Virus record (IMG/VR): IMGVR_UViG_2700989535_000003
Reading direction: 5' to 3' (one strand)
Length of the DNA stretch: 50,417 bases
DNA from: a virus
Taxonomy: Duplodnaviria; Heunggongvirae; Uroviricota; Caudoviricetes
The notes beneath the pieces were generated by a model, which was given only the letters and a program-made list of their open reading frames with translations, was not told the DNA's origin and did no database searches. The position numbers and the translations under genes were made by a program. Every line of letters starts with the position of its first letter. Within the stretch, counting starts at the first letter, position 1. Below, piece after piece: positions 37,777-46,026 of the stretch.

Positions 37777-38109
37777 ATGTCTGTCACAATTCAGGGAAAT
37801 ACCTCAACCGTTATTTCAAACAACTCCGCCCCGGAAGGAACATCAGAAATAGCCAAAATCACAAGACAAATTCAGGTGCTGACTGAAAAGCTTGGGAAAA
37901 TCTCATCGGAAGAGGGGATGACGACACAGCAGAAAAAAGAAATGGCTGCATTGGTACAGAAGCAAATTGAAAGCCTCAGGGCTCAACTGGAGCAGTTGTT
38001 AAGGCAGCAGGCAGAGAAAAAGAATGAAGACGCGACAGTTCAGCCTGATAAAAAAGAAGAGAAAAAAGACGATACAAATACCGCTGGCACCATTGATATT
38101 TACGTCTAA
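37777..38109 (+). CDS. flxA: FlxA (FliA-regulated protein)
   Basis: 110 aa; AAGGAG SD; coiled-coil Q/E/K-rich sequence. Confidence 0.8.
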   Translation: MSVTIQGNTSTVISNNSAPEGTSEIAKITRQIQVLTEKLGKISSEEGMTTQQKKEMAALVQKQIESLRAQLEQLLRQQAEKKNEDATVQPDKKEEKKDDTNTAGTIDIYV

Positions 38110-38123
38110 GTGACAGCCGTATT

Positions 38124-38150
38124 GTGGCCCTCATCGGGCCACTTTTCGCC
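38124..38150 (+). terminator. Rho-independent terminator of flxA
   Basis: GTGGCCC-TCATC-GGGCCAC hairpin followed by TTTTCGCC. Confidence 0.55.
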
Positions 38151-38375
38151 ATCAGCCTTTTCTTTAAAGACATATTATCTTTGTATCATTTCTGATAGTT
38201 AACATTACAAGATATAAGTAATGGACGCACTCCCAATTAGTCTATTTAAATCGCCACGAGTTTAACTGACAACCCATGATCAATTATGAATTGCAACTAT
38301 TTCTGTAGTCACTTTTGTGGGGACAGTCCACAAAACTGCCAACTTCCGCTTCTTGCTCTTAGCGGACATTAGCAT

Positions 38376-39967
38376 AGGCTATTTACCATAACGCCTCATT
38401 ACGCGCACCGCCCAGACTGACTCAGCGCGTTTCTGGCATATCCCCAGTAAAACAAGTAACAAACCACCCGAAAATGAACACCAGAAACGCGACTTAAGAA
38501 TCTACCCTATGAATGGATATGCACTCAACCGAATCGATCTTGGTTTCAATCTTTTTTATCGGGATCAGGCTTCTTTTTAGGTAACTTCGGGGGCTTAACT
38601 TGCTGATGACTTTGCGTTCGGCGCGTAAGCCAGGGATGGTCAGCTTTAGGTTTAACATAGTATTTTGAGCGTAAATCAATACGGGCATTATCCACTCGTT
38701 CATGGACACTCTTTTCATCATCCAGTGGTATAGGCTCCGGGCCATCAACATACTTTTCCCAGCCCAGCGCTTTCCCGTCATACAGAACGTTAATTTCACC
38801 GTCAAAGTTCTCGCATACAGTAACAACCGAATGCCTAAGTCGATATCCCCGGCTCTCACTGCGTACCTGAAACGCACTGCTTTTGTACTGGAAAGTGAGA
38901 TTTTTAGACAGAACGCGCTTCGCCTGTAGGCTGAAGATATAACCCAGTTCCTCTTCAGAATGGTGCACATCAAGATGAGCATTATCAGTAGTACGAGGCG
39001 ACGTAGCGAACCGGTTGTTATAGGCTTCAATAAAGGTCGGCAACCATGCATTTGCTGTTTCAATATCACTGATATTCTGAAGCCGCATTTCTTTGACCAG
39101 CCTGTCCTGTAGTGTCTGATTGGCGCGCTCTACCCGCCCTTTTGCCTGCGGGCTGTTGGCATGGATTGGCTCGATGCCCAGTGTCTTTATCGCACGAGTG
39201 AACTGGGTCAGCTCACCTTCCCGCTCTGGGTTATTTACCCTGAATATACTGTGTCTATCAGAGTAGAGAGCGAGCGGTACGCCATGATCATTAAGGTAAC
39301 CCCGGAGGGTTTCCATGTAAGCCCGGGTTGTTTCAGCAGGCACAAAACGCAACGCCATCAACGCACTGGTGGCATCATCAATGAAAACGATCAGTGTACA
39401 TCTGGGGCCTCGATTTTCAAACCAGTCATGAGGTGAGCCATCAATCTGGATCAGTTCACCGTAAGATGGTCGTCGCATGCGGCGTTGATATATACGGGCA
39501 ATTTTACGACGGCGTTCACGCCATAACCCCTCTTCTATCATCCACTTTCTGAGAGTTTCAACGGATAAAGATAAACCGTGTATCTCGCGCAATTTTTCGC
39601 ACGCAAACGTAGGTCCAAAATCAGCGTAACGGCTTTTGAGGAGTGAAATTACTGTTGCTCTGAATTCAGTAGAAAAGGAATTATTAGGACGCTTTCCACG
39701 TCGGTGGGAAACCAGACCAGAAGGCCCTTCATTTCTATACCGTTGCACCAGACGTTTAACCTGCCGAATAGAAATGCCAATGCGTGCCGCAGCTTGTTCC
39801 TGAGTAATATGTCGATTAATTGACTCCTGAATAATCTGAAGTCGGTGGAGTTCCTTATGACTCATCGTAACAGTCTCTTTGATCATGAAAAATCCCCCAG
39901 AGAATTGTCTGGGGACATTTTAGAATGGTTCAAAGGGGACATTACAGCTTGGTGTTAACAAATAGCC
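38376..39967. mobile_element. Candidate insertion sequence (about 1.6 kb) with imperfect terminal inverted repeats
   Basis: Left AGGCTATTTACCATAACGCC (38376..38395) vs reverse complement of right end GGTGTTAACAAATAGCCT (39950..39967): 9 identical outer bases then about 6/8; encloses the DDE transposase. Boundaries approximate; no target-site duplication verified. Confidence 0.4.
38546..39886 (-). CDS. DDE transposase (N-terminal HTH + rve/integrase-core domain; IS481/ISNCY-like, family unresolved)
   Basis: 446 aa; HTH (ITQEQAAARIGISIRQVKRLVQRY) and integrase-core region with D..D..E-type spacing (QIDGSPHDWF..., LYSDRHSIF..., KGRVERANQTLQD). Confidence 0.75.
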   Translation of the reverse strand: MIKETVTMSHKELHRLQIIQESINRHITQEQAAARIGISIRQVKRLVQRYRNEGPSGLVSHRRGKRPNNSFSTEFRATVISLLKSRYADFGPTFACEKLREIHGLSLSVETLRKWMIEEGLWRERRRKIARIYQRRMRRPSYGELIQIDGSPHDWFENRGPRCTLIVFIDDATSALMALRFVPAETTRAYMETLRGYLNDHGVPLALYSDRHSIFRVNNPEREGELTQFTRAIKTLGIEPIHANSPQAKGRVERANQTLQDRLVKEMRLQNISDIETANAWLPTFIEAYNNRFATSPRTTDNAHLDVHHSEEELGYIFSLQAKRVLSKNLTFQYKSSAFQVRSESRGYRLRHSVVTVCENFDGEINVLYDGKALGWEKYVDGPEPIPLDDEKSVHERVDNARIDLRSKYYVKPKADHPWLTRRTQSHQQVKPPKLPKKKPDPDKKD

Positions 39968-40145
39968 TGCTTCTCCTTGCCTTTCGGCACGTAAGAGGCT
40001 AACCTACATGTGTCTAGCATGAAATTGGCCTCAGATTAATGTTAAGCGTCTTGCAGGACGCGTAATGTTAACTGGGGCTTTTCTCTATCTGCCGTTGGTG
40101 TTCATGCCCGAGGCAGATAGCCTCAAGCACCCGCAGCAATTTTAC

Positions 40146-40253
40146 TTAACTCCCTCTACCTCGCCAATCAGAAAATCGCTCCATGAAAGCAACAACAAGA
40201 CAATAAATTACCAGCACAGCCACAATAGCCAACACACACGTCAGAGCCAACAC
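40146..40253 (-). CDS. Small hydrophobic peptide (35 aa, single predicted TM); candidate membrane toxin/effector
   Basis: GTG start 5 nt after a perfect AGGAGG SD; translation (M)LALTCVLAIVAVLVIYCLVVAFMERFSDWRGRGS; about 170 nt downstream of the SIR2-like gene, same strand; palindrome GTATTGG-N6-CCAATAC just upstream of the SD. Confidence 0.35.
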   Translation of the reverse strand: MLALTCVLAIVAVLVIYCLVVAFMERFSDWRGRGS

Positions 40254-40423
40254 GATAACCTCCTGTATTGGACGTATACCAATACTGATAAATATGAGAC
40301 TGCCTCTTCAATGATTCAATACAACTATTGGGTGTTCATCTAAAGAATGAAATGAAGGTAAAGTGTATATTTCAGCTCAGCGAAGTTAGAACCGTATACT
40401 CTCGATACTAACTTCGCATTGTG

Positions 40424-41455
40424 CTACCAATTGATGAAGTCAGTGATGTTATCCAACATGGTTACAGTAACTTCCCGTCCTAACAAATATTGCCAGTATG
40501 CCTCACGGTCATTTTGTTCACCTGCACCGCTCCACTCAATTACTCTTAAATGCTTAGAGGTTAGGTAAGGCCGAATAAGCAGGTTAAGGTGTTCATCGAG
40601 GCCAGAATAACCAAACAGTATTATTTCTTCTGATTCAAATAATGCAAACTGCAAATAATCCCAGTACGTAGAAAGAACATTAGATGCTGCTATAACTGAC
40701 GGTTTCCTTTTTATATGCGTTAACACTATATGTTCGCTAGGCTCATCCCTGTCAACCGTAAGTTGAGAACGTGAAAGTTTTAAGACGGTCTCACCCTGAT
40801 TAACAAATAGTGGTGAGCCATGCAAATGCAAATAATAACCAAACCTACGATTATATTTCCGTTCGAGCGCTTCGGCGGAAAATCCGTGGCCTAACATCCC
40901 ATCAACCAGATACCCATCATACCCGCTGAATATATCATTATCTATGAATGAGTTGTATAATAATTTGTCATAGTTTAATGTCGCAATATGAGTGCGTGTA
41001 TTTTTTACAAATTCCACTAGCGCATTTTCGAATCTTTGCGGCAACCCTTCACCGTAATTATGCAAACTAGTTGCAACTTTGTGGATATAAGTGGCGGTGA
41101 TTTCGGGGAAGTTTAGTCCATCGTCAGTAAGCCAATGCTCGTTTCCTTCTCCAATTTGCGCAAGAGCCTTACAATATGTGATAGCTTGGTGAAGGGTATC
41201 CAACTCATGTTCCCCTGCCGGTGGACCTTGCCGCTGAAGACAACGTTCGATAAGTTGCTTATGGACATCGTTTAAGAAATTGGATCGATGCCAAATTTCT
41301 GCCAACGCCCTGTCTAAGGAAAAATGAGCAGGATCTAAAGCCATACCAAGACCGTTGCCGAATATTATTAATTTTCGTGCCATATAGGAGGACTCATGTT
41401 GGAATAATCTTGAGTAGCGTAACGCGATACGCCGCAGTTTGGAAGTAATATACAT
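40424..41455 (-). CDS. SIR2-like (SIR2_2-type) protein, candidate NAD+-consuming defence effector
   Basis: 343 aa; motifs IIFGNGLGMALDP (Gly loop), IATLNYDKLLY (TTNYD-like), YLHLHGSPLF (His motif), ILFGYSGLDEH; AT-rich context. Start may be the internal ATG at 41383. Confidence 0.55.
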   Translation of the reverse strand: MYITSKLRRIALRYSRLFQHESSYMARKLIIFGNGLGMALDPAHFSLDRALAEIWHRSNFLNDVHKQLIERCLQRQGPPAGEHELDTLHQAITYCKALAQIGEGNEHWLTDDGLNFPEITATYIHKVATSLHNYGEGLPQRFENALVEFVKNTRTHIATLNYDKLLYNSFIDNDIFSGYDGYLVDGMLGHGFSAEALERKYNRRFGYYLHLHGSPLFVNQGETVLKLSRSQLTVDRDEPSEHIVLTHIKRKPSVIAASNVLSTYWDYLQFALFESEEIILFGYSGLDEHLNLLIRPYLTSKHLRVIEWSGAGEQNDREAYWQYLLGREVTVTMLDNITDFINW

Positions 41456-41799
41456 TCCGTTTGATTACACTCGATATTACAGACTTGCATGCAAAGAAAT
41501 CCAAGCTGTTAGGTAAATAGAGACCGCAGAGGAAAGTGATATAGTCTATAAAAACCAACGAATAGCGGCATGTCTTCTGCGACCTCCATTTACCCAAATA
41601 GCGCTTATCTAGTAAAATTCAATGATGTATTGCATAGTATTTCGTATGAATTGATATAGATAAGAATCAGTCTTAATTCATTAGCAAATATTGAAACTCA
41701 AAATGTCTGTTTTTGATACAAAGCTGACAACCAGACCAGTTCTAGCCATGTGCCATCAAAATGTCAATTCATATCTGAAGTAATGCTCTTTAATTTCGT

Positions 41800-42222
41800 T
41801 CACCGTGGTAATGTTCGAATATTTCCCTTATAAAATGCCAAAATCCGCTGCATAACTTCGCTCTTCCGGCACTCGCGACAGATTATGTTCATACGCCTGT
41901 CGTAGCGACGTATTTCTCCGTCAGGTAATGACCAGATAAGGTCCGGATCAACCACAGCAGGTTTCTTCACCTTTGCCCTCGAGAGTTTTTTGCGGGCGTT
42001 TTGCCAGTCCTTACGCGCCTGTTCAGAGGGGAATAACCCGTAGCCGGAGTTGTATACATCGCCACTGGCAACCAGCTCTCTGGCAAGAACGCTCATCAGA
42101 TATCTTGTCGCACCTGTTTTAGCTTCCAGTTGCCGTAGCGTCTCACGACCGCTCTGGCGCACGAGTTCCACCACCTGCCCTTTAATTTTTTCCCGCTCTT
42201 CTTGTGTAAAAACTTTTGCCAC
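41800..42222 (-). CDS. Hypothetical phage protein (140 aa) downstream of the replication gene
   Basis: GTG start with AAGGGGG SD; possible HTH (TLRQLEAKTGATRYLMSVLAREL) and a CRECR motif. Confidence 0.4.
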   Translation of the reverse strand: MAKVFTQEEREKIKGQVVELVRQSGRETLRQLEAKTGATRYLMSVLARELVASGDVYNSGYGLFPSEQARKDWQNARKKLSRAKVKKPAVVDPDLIWSLPDGEIRRYDRRMNIICRECRKSEVMQRILAFYKGNIRTLPR

Positions 42223-42262
42223 AAGTCCCCCTTAAAATTACCTCATGACCTGAAATCAACAC

Positions 42263-43228
42263 TTATCCCCTGAAACCAGGCGGAATTTCTGTATCCGGTT
42301 CAGAAATATGATTCACACAACGCTGTACAGACGAACGCCCCAGACGGATGACCAGTTCATCCCATTTTTCACGAAGTTTTGACGGGCTCATGATGTTTTT
42401 TACCCAGAATGGATCTCGCTGTACCCGACCAAACATTTCGCAAATTTGTCTGTGGCTTCTGCCATCCAGCATCCGCATTGTGCGCACGTCATTGGCCCAG
42501 GCAGTCCAGTTAGGCTCTTTTGGTCGCATGATCTCGCCATCATCACTGGCTGCCTGTTCGTAGAGACCCACGATCCGCCCCCAGATCCACTGCGCACACG
42601 CCAAATCCTCCCTGCTACCCCACTGGCGTTTTTTCGCACTAAACACAACCGCGTCGGAGTTCCGGGTTAAAAAATCCTGTTCAGTCGTCTGCGGGTCCGG
42701 TTGCAAAGCTTCCGGACGAAAAGTGTTTTTATTCTCTGTAGTAATCTCTGTTGTATTCTCTGTAAGATCATCAGGCCATTTTGACCCGATGACATTGGGT
42801 CGTTTTGAACCAATGGAGCGTTTCATTTTGACCTCTTCCATCGTGTCATTTTGACCTGATGGAGCGGCGCATTTTGAACCGATGGATTCGCTCAATTTGC
42901 CACCATCTAAAAGCTCGCTCCCATAGTTGATCGTGTAGAAATTGGTCATATCGCGCTTTGATTTATTGAGCTTTTCACAACGCAAAAGCCCCAGCGTTTT
43001 CAGACTTGCAAACGCGCGCTTTAACGTTGACTCTGACCAGAATGGGAACTGTTCCAGCCATTGTTCCGTTGTGTTGTAAATCCAGCGAACACCATCACAT
43101 TCCATGCCGGAATTGGTATCTCTCAACCAGTAATGCAACTGCTGCAACACAATGGCTTCATTTAAGCCAATCTTCATCGCAAGCTGTGTGTTTATAACCA
43201 GTGGGCGTTCAGCAAAAAGAAGGCTCAT
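42263..43228 (-). CDS. Replication initiation protein (O-like N-terminus, DnaT-like C-terminal domain)
   Basis: C-terminus ...VNHISEPDTEIPPGFRG closely matches recalled E. coli DnaT C-terminus (...VSEPDSQIPPGFRG); start taken at internal ATG 43228. Confidence 0.65.
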   Translation of the reverse strand: MSLLFAERPLVINTQLAMKIGLNEAIVLQQLHYWLRDTNSGMECDGVRWIYNTTEQWLEQFPFWSESTLKRAFASLKTLGLLRCEKLNKSKRDMTNFYTINYGSELLDGGKLSESIGSKCAAPSGQNDTMEEVKMKRSIGSKRPNVIGSKWPDDLTENTTEITTENKNTFRPEALQPDPQTTEQDFLTRNSDAVVFSAKKRQWGSREDLACAQWIWGRIVGLYEQAASDDGEIMRPKEPNWTAWANDVRTMRMLDGRSHRQICEMFGRVQRDPFWVKNIMSPSKLREKWDELVIRLGRSSVQRCVNHISEPDTEIPPGFRG

Positions 43229-43730
43229 AATTCCATCCAGCTTTTTGTTGGTATTGCTGTCGATACGCAAGTTTGAAAGCAATTGCTTTTTCTATAAGTT
43301 CGTCAGTTTCACGATCCACTACGGCAGGATCAGCAAAAAGCAGTCCGGACTCCACCACATCGCCATATTCTTTGTTTAACCCGGCGATCATGTACGTGAT
43401 GCTTTTTCCGTCACTAATTTCACGATACAACCTGAAATCATTAATCCGGATAGCCTCCATAATTGCAGGCACTAGCGCCGTGAACTTTTCACGCTTATCC
43501 CTGGTGTCGATAGCCTTCCAGCGTTCGAATATCTTCACTCGATTAACGCCAAGCGCTCGCTGATCAACCGCGCCACCTTCATCTGTGACACGCTGAACAT
43601 CGATGTTCGGGCGCTCTTTCAAAGCCCAGAATGCTTCAGTGATTAATATCGTCGCCTGCTCCTGTGTCATTCCTGGTCGACATATCCAGGCATCCAGAGC
43701 CTCACGAGCCTGTTCAGGAGTGATTTTCAT
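43209..43730 (-). CDS. Hypothetical early protein (173 aa; cII-position, YdaT-like?)
   Basis: ORF immediately downstream of the cro-like dicC, overlapping both neighbours by about 20 nt. Confidence 0.4.
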   Translation of the reverse strand: MKITPEQAREALDAWICRPGMTQEQATILITEAFWALKERPNIDVQRVTDEGGAVDQRALGVNRVKIFERWKAIDTRDKREKFTALVPAIMEAIRINDFRLYREISDGKSITYMIAGLNKEYGDVVESGLLFADPAVVDRETDELIEKAIAFKLAYRQQYQQKAGWNYEPSFC

Positions 43731-43941
43731 TGTTCAACCGCCCCGCCCGCTTCGTCTTACGATATTCGTCATAAACCTTGGGATCATACTGAAGCTCGCC
43801 GCCAGATGCCTCCTGTAGACGCATCGCGCGACCTTCAGGAACCAGCTCTTGCCATTGAGAAACAGCAGATGGGTCAACGCCAGCAGCTTTCGCTACTTTG
43901 GCTTTCGTACCGTAAAAATTAATTACGTCTGATTTAAACAT
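43714..43941 (-). CDS. dicC: Cro-like repressor DicC
   Basis: 75 aa from ATG at 43941 (GGAGGTG SD); C-terminus LVPEGRAMRLQEASGGELQYDPKVYDEYRKTKRAGRLNNENHS matches recalled DicC; divergent from dicA. Confidence 0.75.
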   Translation of the reverse strand: MFKSDVINFYGTKAKVAKAAGVDPSAVSQWQELVPEGRAMRLQEASGGELQYDPKVYDEYRKTKRAGRLNNENHS

Positions 43942-43953
43942 CGCACCTCCAAT

Positions 43954-43969
43954 ATTGAGTTTTCTCAAT
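43954..43969. promoter_or_regulatory. Operator palindrome in dicC-dicA intergenic region
   Basis: Perfect inverted repeat ATTGAG-TTTT-CTCAAT between divergent dicC and dicA starts. Confidence 0.5.
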
Positions 43970-44018
43970 GCTAATCACTCAAGGAATCTCAAGTCAAGGG
44001 TTATTAAGATATCTAAAT

Positions 44019-44426
44019 ATGAACGAGAAAACTTTAGGTCAACGCATTAGAGAAAGACGTAAGCAGGTAGGCTTAAGTCAAAACGGTTTAAGCAAAGCTG
44101 CTGGCGTATCTGGCTCATCAATTTCATTATGGGAAAGTGACCATACAGCCCCGCGCGGGCAAAATTTGCATCGCCTCGCCGAGGTATTGCAATGTTCACC
44201 AACCTGGATACTGTTTGGCGACGAGGACAAAACACCAGCTCCCCCTGTTTCACTCGATAGTGCCTTAGACTTATCGGAAGATGAGTTAGAGATGCTGCGT
44301 TTGTATCGCGCACTTCCTAAATCAGAGCAACAAGCACAACTCAGCGAACTCCGCGCCCGCGTTGAGAATTTTAATCGCCTGTTCACCGAGCTATTAGAGG
44401 CTCGCAAACGCAACAAGCATCAATAA
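44019..44426 (+). CDS. dicA: CI-like repressor DicA (XRE-family HTH)
   Basis: 135 aa from ATG 44019: MNEKTLGQRIRERRKQVGLSQNGLSKAAGVSGSSISLWE...LQCSPTWILFGDEDK... similar to recalled DicA. Confidence 0.8.
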   Translation: MNEKTLGQRIRERRKQVGLSQNGLSKAAGVSGSSISLWESDHTAPRGQNLHRLAEVLQCSPTWILFGDEDKTPAPPVSLDSALDLSEDELEMLRLYRALPKSEQQAQLSELRARVENFNRLFTELLEARKRNKHQ

Positions 44427-44488
44427 TCATCCCTTCACAAAATTTTAAAGCCTTACATTTCAATGTATTGGCTTTATCTTGCGCCAAT

Positions 44489-44504
44489 ACTTGAGTTTTC
44501 TCAT
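44489..44504. promoter_or_regulatory. Second operator-like palindrome upstream of the dicB operon
   Basis: ACTTGAGTTTTCTCAT, 14/16 identical to the dicC-dicA operator; between dicA stop and ydfA start. Confidence 0.45.
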
Positions 44505-44618
44505 CAAAAAACCTTGACGAAAAATAATGAGAAAACTAAATTACCTCCATCAAGACACCGCACGGTGTTCTCAGCAAACAGTTCCGCTACCCCGGCGTTA
44601 AGGGGAAATGAGGTCAGC

Positions 44619-44774
44619 ATGGATACTATCGATCTTGGCAACAACGAATCTCTGGTGTACGGCGTGTTTCCAAACCAGGACGGCACGTTCACCGCAATGA
44701 CGTATACCAAAAGCAAAACGTTTAAAACCGAAAATGGTGCCCGTCGCTGGCTGGAAAGAAACTCAGGTGAGTGA
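44619..44774 (+). CDS. ydfA: YdfA (51 aa), first gene of the dicB operon
   Basis: MDTIDLGNNESLVYGVFPNQDGTFTAMTYTKSKTFKTENGARRWLERNSGE; AGGGGAAATGAGG SD. Confidence 0.6.
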   Translation: MDTIDLGNNESLVYGVFPNQDGTFTAMTYTKSKTFKTENGARRWLERNSGE

Positions 44775-44775
44775 T

Positions 44776-45351
44776 ATGGATTTCGACACAATCATGGAAA
44801 AGGCTTACGAAGAATACTTCGAAGGCCTTGCCGAAGGCGAAGAAGCTCTCAGCTTCAGTGAGTTTAAACAGGCACTCAGAATAAGAATGTGCTCTCACAA
44901 TGACGCGGAGCACAAATATGAGAAGCAAAATCAGACCGCAGAAAATTTTGTTCTGGAACCCGGAGAAACGCTTTTCAAAATTCCCGTTACGTGCCCCATT
45001 TGCGGTTTTACATCAGAAGAACTTGACGACTCCTGTAACAATCAGGAAACAACCAAGTATGTCGAAGATGATACCGAGTGCGCACGAAGAACGATTATAT
45101 CCACAAGTCCAAACTCCAGGACCAATAAATCTCACTTTGAGAGGGTGATTAATCCACTCCCCCAAACCAATAAAAAAGATGCCGGAGGACAAAAAACCCA
45201 ATGGAACAACGGGATATCTGTCAAAAAAAGACGTTCCATTAAAGACAAACAACGCAGCGCCAACAACTGTAAGCGCTTTATACCAGTAATCAATTTTCAT
45301 GTTCTTAAGCGGATTTATTGGTGGTTGCGACATTGCTTAATGAATCCTTAA
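44776..45351 (+). CDS. Hypothetical ORF at the ydfB position (191 aa as read; conserved part may be only the N-terminal ~42 aa)
   Basis: ATG 1 nt after ydfA stop (coupled); N-terminus MDFDTIMEKAYEEYFEGLAEGEE..; C-terminal two thirds low-complexity and overlapped by an opposite-strand ORF. Confidence 0.35.
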   Translation: MDFDTIMEKAYEEYFEGLAEGEEALSFSEFKQALRIRMCSHNDAEHKYEKQNQTAENFVLEPGETLFKIPVTCPICGFTSEELDDSCNNQETTKYVEDDTECARRTIISTSPNSRTNKSHFERVINPLPQTNKKDAGGQKTQWNNGISVKKRRSIKDKQRSANNCKRFIPVINFHVLKRIYWWLRHCLMNP

Positions 45352-45387
45352 AACTGTGGTGATTTTAAGGATACCACCTCGCCTGAC

Positions 45388-45579
45388 GTGGTTAAAAGCA
45401 GGCACACAACACGAAAGCGCACGGCGAAGTTCGTCTCACTGTACGGTGTCGTTAAATTTAATTCGACCGTGCGCTTCCGGTTGTGGCAACCCGCAAAATG
45501 GCGCGGCGGTAAGTATGGCGGGGTTATTCCTTCCCCGTTGAGGACACCGAGTTGTCAGGTTGACCATACGCTTAAGTGA
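45388..45579 (+). CDS. Small ORF upstream of dicF (YdfC-like by position)
   Basis: 63-aa ORF in the dicB operon leader; identity not verified. Confidence 0.3.
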   Translation: MVKSRHTTRKRTAKFVSLYGVVKFNSTVRFRLWQPAKWRGGKYGGVIPSPLRTPSCQVDHTLK

Positions 45580-45610
45580 CAACCCCGCTGCAACGCCCTC
45601 TGTTATCAAT

Positions 45611-45668
45611 TTTCTGGTGACGTTTGGCGGTATCAGTTTTACTCCGTGACTGCTCTGCCGCCGTTTTT
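45611..45668 (+). ncRNA. dicF: DicF small regulatory RNA
   Basis: TTTCTGGTGACGTTTGGCGGTATCAGTTTTACTCCGTGACTGCTCTGCCGCC followed by TTTTT matches the recalled 53-nt DicF sequence (1 difference near the 3' end); located between the ydfC-like ORF and dicB. Confidence 0.6.
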
Positions 45669-45837
45669 AAAGTGAATTTTGTGATGCGGTGAATGCGGCT
45701 AAGCGCACGCGGAACAGTTAAAACCAAAAACAGTGTTATGGGTGGATTCTCTGTATCCGGCGTTAATTGTTAACTGGTTAACGTCACCTGGAGGCACCAG
45801 GCACTGCATCACAAAATTCATTGTTGAGGACGCGATA

Positions 45838-46026
45838 ATGAAAACGTTATTACCAAACGTTAATACGTCTGAAGGTTGTTTTGAAATTGGTGTCACTATC
45901 AGTAACCCTGTATTTACTGAAGATGCCATTAACAAGAGAAAACAAGAACGGGAGCTATTAAATAAAATATGCATTGTTTCAATGCTGGCTCGTTTACGTC
46001 TGATGCCAAAAGGATGTGCACAATGA
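45838..46026 (+). CDS. dicB: Cell division inhibitor DicB
   Basis: 62 aa MKTLLPNVNTSEGCFEIGVTISNPVFTEDAINKRKQERELLNKICIVSMLARLRLMPKGCAQ; GAGGA SD. Confidence 0.8.
   Translation: MKTLLPNVNTSEGCFEIGVTISNPVFTEDAINKRKQERELLNKICIVSMLARLRLMPKGCAQ

Noticed and set aside
41394-41597. 67-aa minus-strand ORF overlapping the 5' end of the SIR2-like gene
   Set aside because: Overlaps the SIR2 start region in another frame, has no SD, and lies in AT-rich DNA where random ORFs are common.
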